Positions 38,212 through 47,432 of a DNA stretch of 64,000 bases are shown here, one piece after another (within the stretch, counting starts at the first letter, position 1; each line of letters starts with the position of its first letter). The notes beneath the pieces are model-generated. The model was not told where the DNA came from and made no database searches. It worked only from the letters and a program-made list of their open reading frames with translations. The DNA is from an uncultured Roseobacter sp. (lineage in GTDB: Bacteria; Pseudomonadota; Alphaproteobacteria; Rhodobacterales; Rhodobacteraceae), in assembly GCA_947501635.1 (NCBI GenBank), contig CANMWT010000008.1, forward strand, positions 163,349-227,348, written 5' to 3'. A program made the translations under genes and the position numbers.

Positions 38212-40053
38212 TTACTCCGCTGCAATACCCTCGGTAAACTGCAGTTTGGCGAGCCGTGCGTAAAGCCCACCCTCGGCCACCAACTGATCATGAGGCCCTG
38301 TCGCGACAACGCGACCAGCATCCATGACCACAATGCGGTCTGCCTTTTTGACGGTCGCCAATCGGTGCGCCACAATCAGCGTGGTCCGCCCCGCACTCAG
38401 CCTGTCCACAGCTTTCTGAACCGCGCGTTCGCTTTCGGCGTCAAGCGCACTGGTGGCCTCATCCAGCAACAATACAGGCGCGTCTCGCAAGATGGCCCGT
38501 GCGATCGCGATCCGCTGCTTTTGACCACCTGACAGCATCACCCCACGTTCACCTAGATAACTGTCATAGCCGTCGGGCAAGGCGGATATGAACTCATGCG
38601 CTGCCGCTGCCCTTGCCGCAGCTTCAATTTCGTCATCTGTGGCGGCGGGTCTGCCAAAGCGGATGTTTTCCCGTGCTGAGGCTGCAAAAATCACAGGGTC
38701 CTGCGGGACCAGTGACACCGACTTCCGGAAATCGTCCCGCCGCAGGTCCGACAGGTCAACGTCATCAAGCAGAATACGACCGGCAGAAGGGTCATAGAAC
38801 CTTAACAGCATCTGGATGATCGTGGTCTTGCCCGCGCCGGACGGCCCTACGAAAGCCACCGTTTCTCCAGGTTCGATTTTCAAGCTGACCTCATCCAGCG
38901 CCAGCGTGCCGGGGCGTGAAGGGTAGGCAAAGGATACGTTGTCCAGTGCAATGCGCCCCTCGACAGGATCGGGAAGTGCTTTGGGCGTCGCAGGGTCTTT
39001 AACGCTGTCCTCGCTGCGCAGCAGCTCGACCAGCCGCTCTGTGGCGCCCGACGCACGCTGCAATTCGCCCCAGATTTCCGATAAGGCAGCGACACCGCCG
39101 GCAACCATCACGGAATAGATTACAAACTGCACCAGCGCGCCCTGGGTCATGTCGCCTGCCCGCACATCTCGCGCGCCAACCCACAGGACGCCGACAATGC
39201 CAGCAAAAACAAGGAAAATGACAATCACCGTCATGATGGCGCGGGTACTGATCCGGCGCCGCGCCGCATCAAAGGAATGCTCTGTCACATCGGCGAACTG
39301 GCCGCGACTTGCGGTTTCATGCGTGAATGCCTGAACCGTCTGCACGGCACTCAGCGCCTCTGATGCATTGCCCGAGGATGCCGCGATCCAATCCTGGTTT
39401 TCGCGGCTGAGCACGCGAAGCTTGCGGCCCAGAACGAGGATGGGCACGATCACAGCCGGTACCAGAAGAAGCACCAGGCCGGTCAGTTTTGCCGATGTAA
39501 GCAACATCAAAGCAAGACCGCCGACAAAGATAAGCAGGTTGCGCAATGCAATGGACACCGAAGACCCGATCACGGACAGGATCAGCGTCGTATCTGTCGT
39601 GATCCGACTTAACACCTCTCCTGTCATCACCTTCTCATAGAAGGCGGGGCTCATGCCGATGACACGGTCAAAGACGGCTTTTCGGATGTCCGCGACCACA
39701 CGTTCGCCCAACCGCGTAACCAACGCATAACGCAAACCGGTACCCACCGCGAGCAAGGCAGCGATACCCAAGGCGGCTGCGAAATAGAGATCGAGCGTCT
39801 GCGCATCCTTTGTGTAAAAGTTATCAACGACGCGGCGCACGGCAAGCGGCAGGGTCAGCGAGACAACAGCAGTGGTTACAAGTGCCAGCAACGCCCCGAG
39901 CACCAAACCGCGGTAGGGCTTTACAAACGGCAGCAAAGCCTTGAGCGAGCTCAGCTTCTTCGACTTTTGCCGTTCATCCTTTTGTCCCGGCGCCTGAGGC
40001 GCGCTGGGTGTGGGCTGCACCATAACCATTCCTGATTTTTTACTTCGATACAT
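38212..40053 (-). CDS. ABC exporter, fused TMD-NBD (ABCB/MsbA-like)
   Basis: Six-TM domain followed by GPSGAGKTT, LSGGQKQRIAIARA and LLLDEATSALD. The start could be a few codons downstream (MVMVQ...). Confidence 0.85.
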   Translation of the reverse strand: MYRSKKSGMVMVQPTPSAPQAPGQKDERQKSKKLSSLKALLPFVKPYRGLVLGALLALVTTAVVSLTLPLAVRRVVDNFYTKDAQTLDLYFAAALGIAALLAVGTGLRYALVTRLGERVVADIRKAVFDRVIGMSPAFYEKVMTGEVLSRITTDTTLILSVIGSSVSIALRNLLIFVGGLALMLLTSAKLTGLVLLLVPAVIVPILVLGRKLRVLSRENQDWIAASSGNASEALSAVQTVQAFTHETASRGQFADVTEHSFDAARRRISTRAIMTVIVIFLVFAGIVGVLWVGARDVRAGDMTQGALVQFVIYSVMVAGGVAALSEIWGELQRASGATERLVELLRSEDSVKDPATPKALPDPVEGRIALDNVSFAYPSRPGTLALDEVSLKIEPGETVAFVGPSGAGKTTIIQMLLRFYDPSAGRILLDDVDLSDLRRDDFRKSVSLVPQDPVIFAASARENIRFGRPAATDDEIEAAARAAAAHEFISALPDGYDSYLGERGVMLSGGQKQRIAIARAILRDAPVLLLDEATSALDAESERAVQKAVDRLSAGRTTLIVAHRLATVKKADRIVVMDAGRVVATGPHDQLVAEGGLYARLAKLQFTEGIAAE

Positions 40054-40147
40054 GTGATGAACGCACAGCGCGCGAGGGTCAAGACGCAGACGTCAATAGG
40101 AGACGATTCCACGCAGTCTGAAGGCTCTTGGATGGGGAAGAAATGCT

Positions 40148-40191
40148 TGGAGCGGGCGGCGGGAATCGAACCCGCGTCATTAGCTTGGAAG
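40148..40191 (-). repeat. 44-bp perfect copy of the 3' half of tRNA-Gly (anticodon to CCA), att-like
   Basis: Identical to 40285..40328 (TGGAGCGGGCGGCGGGAATCGAACCCGCGTCATTAGCTTGGAAG). Separated from the intact tRNA by an AT-rich 93-bp spacer. Confidence 0.85.
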
Positions 40192-40284
40192 ACAGTGGTT
40201 CAAAATTCAATTAGCGTAATATATTCAAGTGTATAAAACTGGATAACCATCAACTTTGTAGGTAATGTGTCGGAAATGAATTTC

Positions 40285-40358
40285 TGGAGCGGGCGGCGGG
40301 AATCGAACCCGCGTCATTAGCTTGGAAGGCTAAGGTCTTACCACTACACAACGCCCGC
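40285..40358 (-). tRNA. tRNA-Gly (anticodon UCC), CCA encoded
   Basis: The reverse complement is GCGGGCGTTGTGTAGTGGTAAGACCTTAGCCTTCCAAGCTAATGACGCGGGTTCGATTCCCGCCGCCCGCTCCA. It folds as a cloverleaf and is close to E. coli tRNA-Gly(UCC). Confidence 0.95.
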
Positions 40359-40632
40359 TCATCGGATTCACCTATTATTTGATACATCTGTAACCGTCAA
40401 GTGCACCAATTACCCCTACCGTTTTTCAACTACGCACCCTGTCGCGCATAAGAGCATATAGCGGCTTACATTTATGGATTTGCGCAATGGAAAGGTTTGG
40501 CCATACAGCGTAGCTACAAAACCGCCTTTACTGTGTCAGGCAAATTTTACCTGACACTACCCACTTTCACAGCGGTTTCGGGAAAGGCGAATGGACAATT
40601 GGAACCTGTCCGCTTCTGTTTCGGCAAAGCCA

Positions 40633-43623
40633 TTAAACAAACATGAGACTAATTCCCTCAACCTCCTCAATTGACATACCGCTCAGCAAGATTGAATCCG
40701 CCTCGCCATATTCAAGGGATACCCCACGCGCGTCTTCCACCCATGTCAGTTGCGCGGCGCTCTCGGCGACGATGTGAATTGCATCGTCCATCAGATTGAA
40801 CTTGCTGATCTCATCGCGACCGTCGCCTGCGCGGAACTCAAACACATCCGCTCCTGCGTCGCCACACATCAAGTCGTCTCCCGTACCACCGACCAGATAA
40901 TCTGCGCCTTCACCGCCGCTTAGCGTATCCGCGCCAGCGCCACCCAGCATGTTATCATTGCCATTTTTTCCAAACAGCCTGTCTGCGCCATCATTGCCAG
41001 CAAGATTGTCATCGCCGTCCATTCCGTCGATGTGATCGTCCCCGTCCGCACCAGAGAGCGTATCGCTACCGTCATTGCCGGTCATCCGGTTCGCACCCGC
41101 GTTACCGGAACCCACAAAGCCAATATCACCGAAGAACACGATGTCTTCGACATGTTCAGACAGCGAAAAATCGGCAGAGGCGTGGACGACATCGTGTCCT
41201 TCATCAAAGTATTCGATGATCGTGTCGAAGGCGTCGGAGACTTTGTAGGTGTCGTCCCCCGCGCCGCCGTAGGCAACATCTGCGCCCGCATTGCCAGACA
41301 ACAAATCGCGGCCAGCGCCACCGTACATGATGTCATCACCCTCACCCGGGCATAGCGTGTCGTCACCATCGCCGCCGTAGGTTACGTCGTCTCCAGTGCC
41401 TCCATGCAGCTTGTCATTGCCTGTGCCACCGTACAATTCATCGGCACCGTCATTGCCATGCAACTTGTCGTGGCCGTCACCCCCGAAAACAGTATCGTTG
41501 CCGGCCCCGCCCATCAGGTTGTCATTGCCCGCCTGCCCGTCGATCAGGTTGTCCTTTTCATTGCCGACGATCATGTTGCGCAGTTCATTTCCGGTGCCCG
41601 CAAGTGCTGCAGAGTTTTTTCCAAGCCACAGGTTTTCAAGGCCCGCGCCCAGTTCGAAATCAACCTTGGATTTTACGGTATCCGTCCCGCTGCCGCCTTC
41701 TTCTGAAACGAAGTCCAATGCGCTATCCACGAAATAGGTGTCATTACCGGTGCCACCGAACATCTGGTCCGCACCTGCGCCGCCGTCCAGCACATCGTTG
41801 TCCGCTTCGCCATAGATGACATCATCCCCGTCCTGCGCGCGGATAAAGTCGTTGCCCGCGCCGCCATAGATGTCGTCGTCGCCCTTTCCAGCGTAGATTT
41901 TGTCTTTGCCCCCATAGCCAAGGATCACATCATTCAGACCGTCGGCCCCGTCGATCTGCGTACCATCTGCATCGCTGAACCCAACCATATGATCGTTGTC
42001 GATACCGCCTTGCACCGGCGAGGTTTCGATTGTCAGACTGGCGGTATCGGTGACACCAGCGCTGTTGCTGATCGAATAGGTCAGCTCCGCCGACACGTCT
42101 TGCGGAAGTGCACCCGGTGTGACCGCGACGCGACCGTCGCCAAGGTATGTGATGGTCTCACCATTCTCTAAGGTCAGTGTATCGCCTGTTGTGACTTTGA
42201 CACCGTTCAGATGGGTCAAAACAAGCGTATCGCCCTCTGTCACCTTGTCATTGGATAGCAAATCGATAGTGACCTGATCGCCTTTGGCGGCCAGTTTCAC
42301 GGTATCATCTTCTGCAATCGCCACTGTAACTTCGGGCGCGCGGATCAAAACCGTTGAAGAGGTATCGATGCCAAGAAACGGATCCACTCCTCGCGTATCC
42401 ATGGCGCCGTCGTTGCTGGACACCTGACGCGCCTCAGCCAGCAACTCCATGTTCAGGTTACCGTTAGCATCCGTCACGATCTTGTAAAAACCACCTGCGT
42501 TTGGCGTGCTGCCATCCAGATCATGGTCAGTGTTGTTGGCCCCCACATATACGTTGCCATCGCCATCGACGATGGTTGCCCCAAAGGCACTGGCGGGAAT
42601 GCCAGATTTGAACTCACCATTGACTATCGTGCCGGTGATGGCCTGTGTGGTAACGACCGGCTCCCCTCCTAGGCTGACCTCGGAGATATCGATCGCAACC
42701 AAGGTTCCCGGAAGACCAGTTGAACCGCCATGCGCCACACCGAAAAATGTCTTCGTCTCTGCGTTGTAGGCTAAATCGGCCAGGCCTTTAGTCGAAACCC
42801 CGAGCGATGGCATGCCAACCGTTTGACTGACCAATGACCCATCCGGGTTTGTAGCCGACAAATCGTAAACCACCGCAGTGCTTAAGCTGCCATTAAATGT
42901 CCAGAGATTGCCCTGATCGTCCACGTCACCAATATACGAGCCCATGCTTCCGGGGGAGACAACAAATGTCGCCCCTGTCGCATCCATGGCAATCACATCA
43001 TTTTTGGAAATCGTGTTTCCGACAGCATCAATACCATCCGACCGTGCGATGCCGTAGATCAGGTCATACTCAGCAGAATAGCCAATGGCGTTCACATTCA
43101 CCGCGGCCGGTGTTTCCGTCTCTGTATAGCCGTTGGTCTCGAGATCGAATTTTACCAGTTGTCCATTCAGCACCTGATAGATGAAGTTCTGACCAGGCGC
43201 GAAAGCGTTGACCATCACATCCTCACCTAGAAAAGTCATCTGGCTCAAGTAAGAAGGAATGACGCCCGAGGTATCGATTGAACTACCCGACCCAGCGTTG
43301 ACGTCAGTAATTTTAAACTCAAGCTCCGAAATCTCCCCAGTTCCCACGAATTCGAACGTATAGGTCTCAAATACACCGCCTTCGTGATAGAAGGTCCCAA
43401 TGCTTTCGCCGTTGTAAAATACTTCGACGGTCACATTCTGCACATCTGCCGCAAGGTTCGCTGCAAGATTGAAATCAAGCTCGTAGGTGACGTTCTGTAC
43501 GGTCTCGACCGTTGTCGACAGCACGGGCGTGCCATCCTCTTCGACTTCGCCGATCCAATAATCTGATACGGCATATTGGTCGAATGTCAGCTTGTCGCCG
43601 GTGTCCTGAAGCAAGTTTTCCAT
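40633..43623 (-). CDS. large secreted RTX (hemolysin-type calcium-binding repeat) protein, likely T1SS substrate/adhesin
   Basis: 996 aa with no signal peptide. Residues 1-430 match no family I can name. Residues about 431-535 look like a cadherin/Ig-like segment. Three blocks of GGxGxDxUx nonapeptides follow, then an acidic C-terminus. Confidence 0.85.
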   Translation of the reverse strand: MENLLQDTGDKLTFDQYAVSDYWIGEVEEDGTPVLSTTVETVQNVTYELDFNLAANLAADVQNVTVEVFYNGESIGTFYHEGGVFETYTFEFVGTGEISELEFKITDVNAGSGSSIDTSGVIPSYLSQMTFLGEDVMVNAFAPGQNFIYQVLNGQLVKFDLETNGYTETETPAAVNVNAIGYSAEYDLIYGIARSDGIDAVGNTISKNDVIAMDATGATFVVSPGSMGSYIGDVDDQGNLWTFNGSLSTAVVYDLSATNPDGSLVSQTVGMPSLGVSTKGLADLAYNAETKTFFGVAHGGSTGLPGTLVAIDISEVSLGGEPVVTTQAITGTIVNGEFKSGIPASAFGATIVDGDGNVYVGANNTDHDLDGSTPNAGGFYKIVTDANGNLNMELLAEARQVSSNDGAMDTRGVDPFLGIDTSSTVLIRAPEVTVAIAEDDTVKLAAKGDQVTIDLLSNDKVTEGDTLVLTHLNGVKVTTGDTLTLENGETITYLGDGRVAVTPGALPQDVSAELTYSISNSAGVTDTASLTIETSPVQGGIDNDHMVGFSDADGTQIDGADGLNDVILGYGGKDKIYAGKGDDDIYGGAGNDFIRAQDGDDVIYGEADNDVLDGGAGADQMFGGTGNDTYFVDSALDFVSEEGGSGTDTVKSKVDFELGAGLENLWLGKNSAALAGTGNELRNMIVGNEKDNLIDGQAGNDNLMGGAGNDTVFGGDGHDKLHGNDGADELYGGTGNDKLHGGTGDDVTYGGDGDDTLCPGEGDDIMYGGAGRDLLSGNAGADVAYGGAGDDTYKVSDAFDTIIEYFDEGHDVVHASADFSLSEHVEDIVFFGDIGFVGSGNAGANRMTGNDGSDTLSGADGDDHIDGMDGDDNLAGNDGADRLFGKNGNDNMLGGAGADTLSGGEGADYLVGGTGDDLMCGDAGADVFEFRAGDGRDEISKFNLMDDAIHIVAESAAQLTWVEDARGVSLEYGEADSILLSGMSIEEVEGISLMFV
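40834..41958 (-). repeat. coding region for three RTX nonapeptide-repeat blocks (residues about 556-632, 686-795, 838-930)
   Basis: Counted from the translated ORF. The repeats are degenerate at the DNA level. Confidence 0.8.
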
Positions 43624-43647
43624 CTTGGGTCCTTCTTATTTATTCTG

Positions 43648-43663
43648 CGATCCATTCGGGTCG
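43648..43663. promoter_or_regulatory. dyad CGATCC-ATTC-GGGTCG, weaker relative of the 57744/58595 motif, 25-40 nt upstream of the RTX start codon
   Basis: 13/16 identical to 57744..57759 on the same strand. Read directly. Confidence 0.3.
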
Positions 43664-43755
43664 CGTCTTGATTTTTTCCGCAGTATTGAAACAGTGCTTT
43701 CACCTTTAGGTTTGTCCGGTGGGGAGATGTCGGAGTGTGTCTGCAAACTGAGGGG

Positions 43756-44652
43756 TCAGGTCGGCAAAGCCGTTGATGCCCGAGCACCATTGCGGACAAG
43801 CGCGCTCAGCATTGAGCCGTAGGCGGTTTTACCCAACTGAAGCATGGCGCTCTCCACGGAATCACCAGAGCTCCACCCATGGCTGAAGGCTGCGCCATCC
43901 GGTGACCCGAACAATTCCCCCGTCCGCTGAAATCGCTGAACGGCCTGCCCCGCTTCAAGCAACGCATCATGGGTACCGGCATCAAACCACTTGATCCCGG
44001 CGCCGAGCCTTTGAACATTCAAGGCTCCTTCTTCAAGGTAGCTTTCGAGTAGTGTGACAATTTCCAGTTCACCTCGCTCAGATGGCTTTAAGGCGCGCGC
44101 ACGGCGCGGCGCATCTGCATCCAGGAAATAGAGACCCGTGATGGCGCAATTGGATAGGGGATTGCGCGGTTTTTCGACGATACCCGTGACACGGTTGCCT
44201 TCGAAAGTTGCTACACCGAAGCGTTCCGGATCCGTTACCTCGCAGGTAAATATGGAACCGCCAGTAAGTGCCGCGTTCGCGGCGGCCAGATGCGGAGTCA
44301 AACCTTCCCCCAGAAACAGGTTGTCCCCGAGTGCCAATGCGGAAGGCGCGCCATCGAGAAAATCTTCAGCCAGCAGATAGGCCTGCGCGATACCATCAGC
44401 CGTCGGCTGCACGATCCATTCCAGTAGAATTCCCCATTGGCTCCCGTCCCCAAGAAGTCGTTGAAAAAGAGGCTGGTCTTCCGGCGTGGTGATGATCGCG
44501 ATTTCACGGATCCCGGCCTGCATCAGTACCGTCAGCGGATAGTAAATCATCGGCTTGTCATAGACCGGCAAGAGCGGCTTGCTGACACTGTTTGTGATCG
44601 GTCTGAGGCGTGTACCTTTACCACCGGCCAGAATTATTCCTTTGCGTTGCAT
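43756..44652 (-). CDS. rfbA: glucose-1-phosphate thymidylyltransferase
   Basis: The KGIILAGGKGTRLRPIT...KPLLPVYDKPMIYYPL N-terminus is typical of RmlA. Confidence 0.9.
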   Translation of the reverse strand: MQRKGIILAGGKGTRLRPITNSVSKPLLPVYDKPMIYYPLTVLMQAGIREIAIITTPEDQPLFQRLLGDGSQWGILLEWIVQPTADGIAQAYLLAEDFLDGAPSALALGDNLFLGEGLTPHLAAANAALTGGSIFTCEVTDPERFGVATFEGNRVTGIVEKPRNPLSNCAITGLYFLDADAPRRARALKPSERGELEIVTLLESYLEEGALNVQRLGAGIKWFDAGTHDALLEAGQAVQRFQRTGELFGSPDGAAFSHGWSSGDSVESAMLQLGKTAYGSMLSALVRNGARASTALPT

Positions 44653-44702
44653 GACGACGCTCTCCTTCGATAAAATTTTTAAGGTGGGATTGGCCCTCAG
44701 GG

Positions 44703-45377
44703 TCAGTAGGCGCCTCTGCCGCTCAGAACCGCGCGGACAGTCATGAGCAGAATTACCATGTCGGCAAGCACGGACATCCGATGAACATAGTCTAGGTCGA
44801 GCGAAATCATCTCGTCAAACCCGATGTCCGCACGACCGGACACCTGCCACAAACCTGTGATGCCGGGCAGAACGGCGTGGCGGCGATGTGCGTGGTCCGG
44901 ATACTCAGCAACCTCTGACACAAGCGCGGGACGCGGGCCTACAAGTGACATGTCCCCCAACAGCACGTTGAAGATTTGCGGCAGTTCATCAAGCGATGCG
45001 CGCCTGAGGAAACTGCCGACCGGTGTGATGCGCGGGTCCCGCTTTACTTTAAGGCAGATACCGTTCCTGTCGCTCATCTGTTCTACCTCGGCACGGCGCG
45101 CATCGGCGTCGGAATACATCGAGCGGAACTTGAACATTTTGAAGGTCTTACCGTTCAGGCCGACACGTTCCTGCACAAACAGCACAGCACCGCGCGAGGT
45201 GCCGGCAATGGCTATCGCGATCACCAGAAACACGGGAAACAGCGCGACCAGACCCGCCAGAGAAAGGACAACATCCATGCTTCGTTTTGCACGCCAGCCA
45301 GGTGCTTGCGCCGCATATCGGGCGATCTCGATGTTTGTCGTGGCCATGGTTAAGACTCCAAAGTTACTAAATTTCAT
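44703..45377 (-). CDS. undecaprenyl-phosphate hexose-1-phosphate transferase (bacterial sugar transferase, ExoY/WbaP C-domain type)
   Basis: KFRSM...DELPQIFNVLLGDMSLVGPRP motifs. ATGA overlap with the upstream stop. Confidence 0.85.
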   Translation of the reverse strand: MKFSNFGVLTMATTNIEIARYAAQAPGWRAKRSMDVVLSLAGLVALFPVFLVIAIAIAGTSRGAVLFVQERVGLNGKTFKMFKFRSMYSDADARRAEVEQMSDRNGICLKVKRDPRITPVGSFLRRASLDELPQIFNVLLGDMSLVGPRPALVSEVAEYPDHAHRRHAVLPGITGLWQVSGRADIGFDEMISLDLDYVHRMSVLADMVILLMTVRAVLSGRGAY

Positions 45378-47431
45378 GTCCTGACCGCCAGCCAGGGGTC
45401 ACCGGCCAGTGCGCTGCGCAAAACAGCGACGCTGCCATTGCGCGGCAGGCTGTCCAGACGGTCGATTTGAGAGATGATTTTCACGCGCGCATCAGAGGGT
45501 TTGACTGCAAGCACGGCGACTTCAGAATTAGACAAGACGAACTGGGTTGAAAGGCGGTCCTGCAGGCTGCCCGCAGAGACGACCACAATGTCAAAGCTGC
45601 CCGCAATATTATCAAGTGCCGCACGCACCATGGGTGCTGAAACACCACGATCTTGGAGGCTATGGTCACTGCCCACACCGATTTCGAAAAGGTCACTCGC
45701 ACCTTCAACCTGCTGTGGTTGTGCAGCTGTCCCGGAGAGAAGATCGCTCCATCCGATATCGCCGCCTTCAAAGCTGCACCCGTCGATGTCCGCGTCAATA
45801 AAGAGCGTTTTCATACGCGACCGCGCAAAACTTTTGGCCAGCGCCTGCGCAAACTCGGTCGTGTCGCCTGAATCGGCGCGCGTGATTGCGATAACCGGCG
45901 GTTTGCCGACCAGCCGTGGTTTCCTGAGATTCTGCAACTGCAATTCATTGCGCAACAGATCGGCGGCATGCGGGTCGGCGTCGTCAGCAGCCGACACCTG
46001 CCGGACGGGAAGGCGGTGTTCGAACGGCAAAAGCGTCTCGGCAAACCTGATCCGACGTTCGGAGAACGCAACCGCCAGCGTCAGCGCCAATGCAAAGAAA
46101 ACACCTCCCACGCCACCGCCCGCAATCAGCATCTTGCGCGTGTCTTCGGCGGGATCAACCGGTGTGGACGGGGGCGACATAACTACGGCATAGCCCGGTA
46201 GTGCGCGCCCGGATTCCAGACGGATCACTTCGAGCGCCCGGCGCGTTTCCTCGAGCAGCGCCTCAGCTTCACCGATTTCGTTTTCAATGTGGTCAAGCTC
46301 AATGCGGCGGCGGTTGAGGTCTCTCGCCTCTTCCCGCGCCACAGTGAGCTGGTTGGCAACTTTTGCATACAGGGCCTGAATTTCGGCCGTTGTTGTATCA
46401 TCGCCGCCCTCGGTGACATCGGTCAGAGCCCCCGTCTGTCCCAGAACGCGGATCTGCTCGCGCCGGTTTGACATCGCCGTTTCAATCACCGCGATCTCTT
46501 CAAGCTTGGCGTATTCTTTTTGTTCGAAACGCAAGTTGGTGTGCTTTTCATAGCCCGCGCGCATCCCGGCGAGTTCGCTCATCAATTTGGCACGTTCAAA
46601 ACTGAGATCGGCCATCGCCCTGTCCAACAGAGTGGCCCGCATGATTTCCTGATTGGAGGTGTCTGCGGACGCAGGCGCGCTACTCTCTTCCAGCGTCGCC
46701 AGCGTCGCCGCAACTTCGGATTTACGCGCCGCAAGCGCATCAATCTGCGCAATTTTTTCAACATGCGCTTTGGCCAGCGCATTCAGGCCGAACTCTCCGC
46801 CGACCTCAAGTTGGTCCGACCTCAGCTTTGACAGCCTGGCCGCAAGCTCAGAGTCCCGCGCACGTAGTTCCTCCAAACGTACCGAGGTGCGGGCCTCTTC
46901 CGCTTCCGTTTTCAGCGCCAGATAAGACGTGACCAGAGCATCCAGCTTTAGACTGGCCAGAGCGGCCTCTTTGCTGCGGGTTTTCAGAACGATCAGACTG
47001 TCGGAGCGTTTGATTTCTATGGATCCCGCAAGGTCTTTGGCGTTCATGGCACCGACCAGATCCGGCCGGTCTTCCACGATCCGCTCCAGTGCGCGCTCCA
47101 TAACCTGATGCGACGCGACATACGTGGTTTCAGCCTTTACGAAGCTGTCAAATATCTTGAGAACCGAAGCCTCGCCGGTCGCGTAAAGGATGTTCGTTTC
47201 CTGAGGATAGACGCGCAGGATCGCCTGAGATTCGTAAAGTTGAACACCAGAAAAATACCCAGCCACCGCAAATGCAGGGGCGAGAAGCGCCGCGCCCAAT
47301 ACTGCAATGCGCCAACGCCCCCGCATCGCGCGCGCCAGAACTGCGATAGGATTTGGCTGAGGAGCATCCGGAGCAGATGGTGCAAAGACGTCTTGTGGCT
47401 CTTCGGACGGTATTGACAGTGCGCCATTCAT
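45374..47431 (-). CDS. polysaccharide co-polymerase (ExoP/GumC-like) with degenerate C-terminal BY-kinase-like domain
   Basis: Two TM helices flank a long coiled-coil periplasmic region. The C-terminal P-loop-like domain reads ITRADSGDTT...LFIDADIDG. Start set at ATG 47431, 1 nt after the upstream stop. The track uses TTG 47500. Confidence 0.75.
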   Translation of the reverse strand: MNGALSIPSEEPQDVFAPSAPDAPQPNPIAVLARAMRGRWRIAVLGAALLAPAFAVAGYFSGVQLYESQAILRVYPQETNILYATGEASVLKIFDSFVKAETTYVASHQVMERALERIVEDRPDLVGAMNAKDLAGSIEIKRSDSLIVLKTRSKEAALASLKLDALVTSYLALKTEAEEARTSVRLEELRARDSELAARLSKLRSDQLEVGGEFGLNALAKAHVEKIAQIDALAARKSEVAATLATLEESSAPASADTSNQEIMRATLLDRAMADLSFERAKLMSELAGMRAGYEKHTNLRFEQKEYAKLEEIAVIETAMSNRREQIRVLGQTGALTDVTEGGDDTTTAEIQALYAKVANQLTVAREEARDLNRRRIELDHIENEIGEAEALLEETRRALEVIRLESGRALPGYAVVMSPPSTPVDPAEDTRKMLIAGGGVGGVFFALALTLAVAFSERRIRFAETLLPFEHRLPVRQVSAADDADPHAADLLRNELQLQNLRKPRLVGKPPVIAITRADSGDTTEFAQALAKSFARSRMKTLFIDADIDGCSFEGGDIGWSDLLSGTAAQPQQVEGASDLFEIGVGSDHSLQDRGVSAPMVRAALDNIAGSFDIVVVSAGSLQDRLSTQFVLSNSEVAVLAVKPSDARVKIISQIDRLDSLPRNGSVAVLRSALAGDPWLAVRT

Positions 47432-47432
47432 T

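Noticed and set aside
38212-40053. ABC exporter considered as the type I secretion partner of the RTX protein
   Set aside because: It has no adjacent membrane-fusion or TolC-like gene and no C39 or CLD N-terminal domain. It is separated from the RTX gene by the tRNA locus. It looks like a generic ABCB/MsbA-type exporter.
40533-40557. 8-bp stem-loop (GTGTCAGG-N9-CCTGACAC) downstream of the RTX gene, considered as its terminator
   Set aside because: It has no U-tract on the relevant strand and lies about 75 nt from the stop codon. Too weak to call.
40834-41958. Periodic repeats in the RTX gene, considered as a tandem DNA repeat or CRISPR-like array
   Set aside because: The periodicity is at the protein level (GGxGxDxUx nonapeptides). 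The DNA copies are degenerate and there are no spacer-repeat units.
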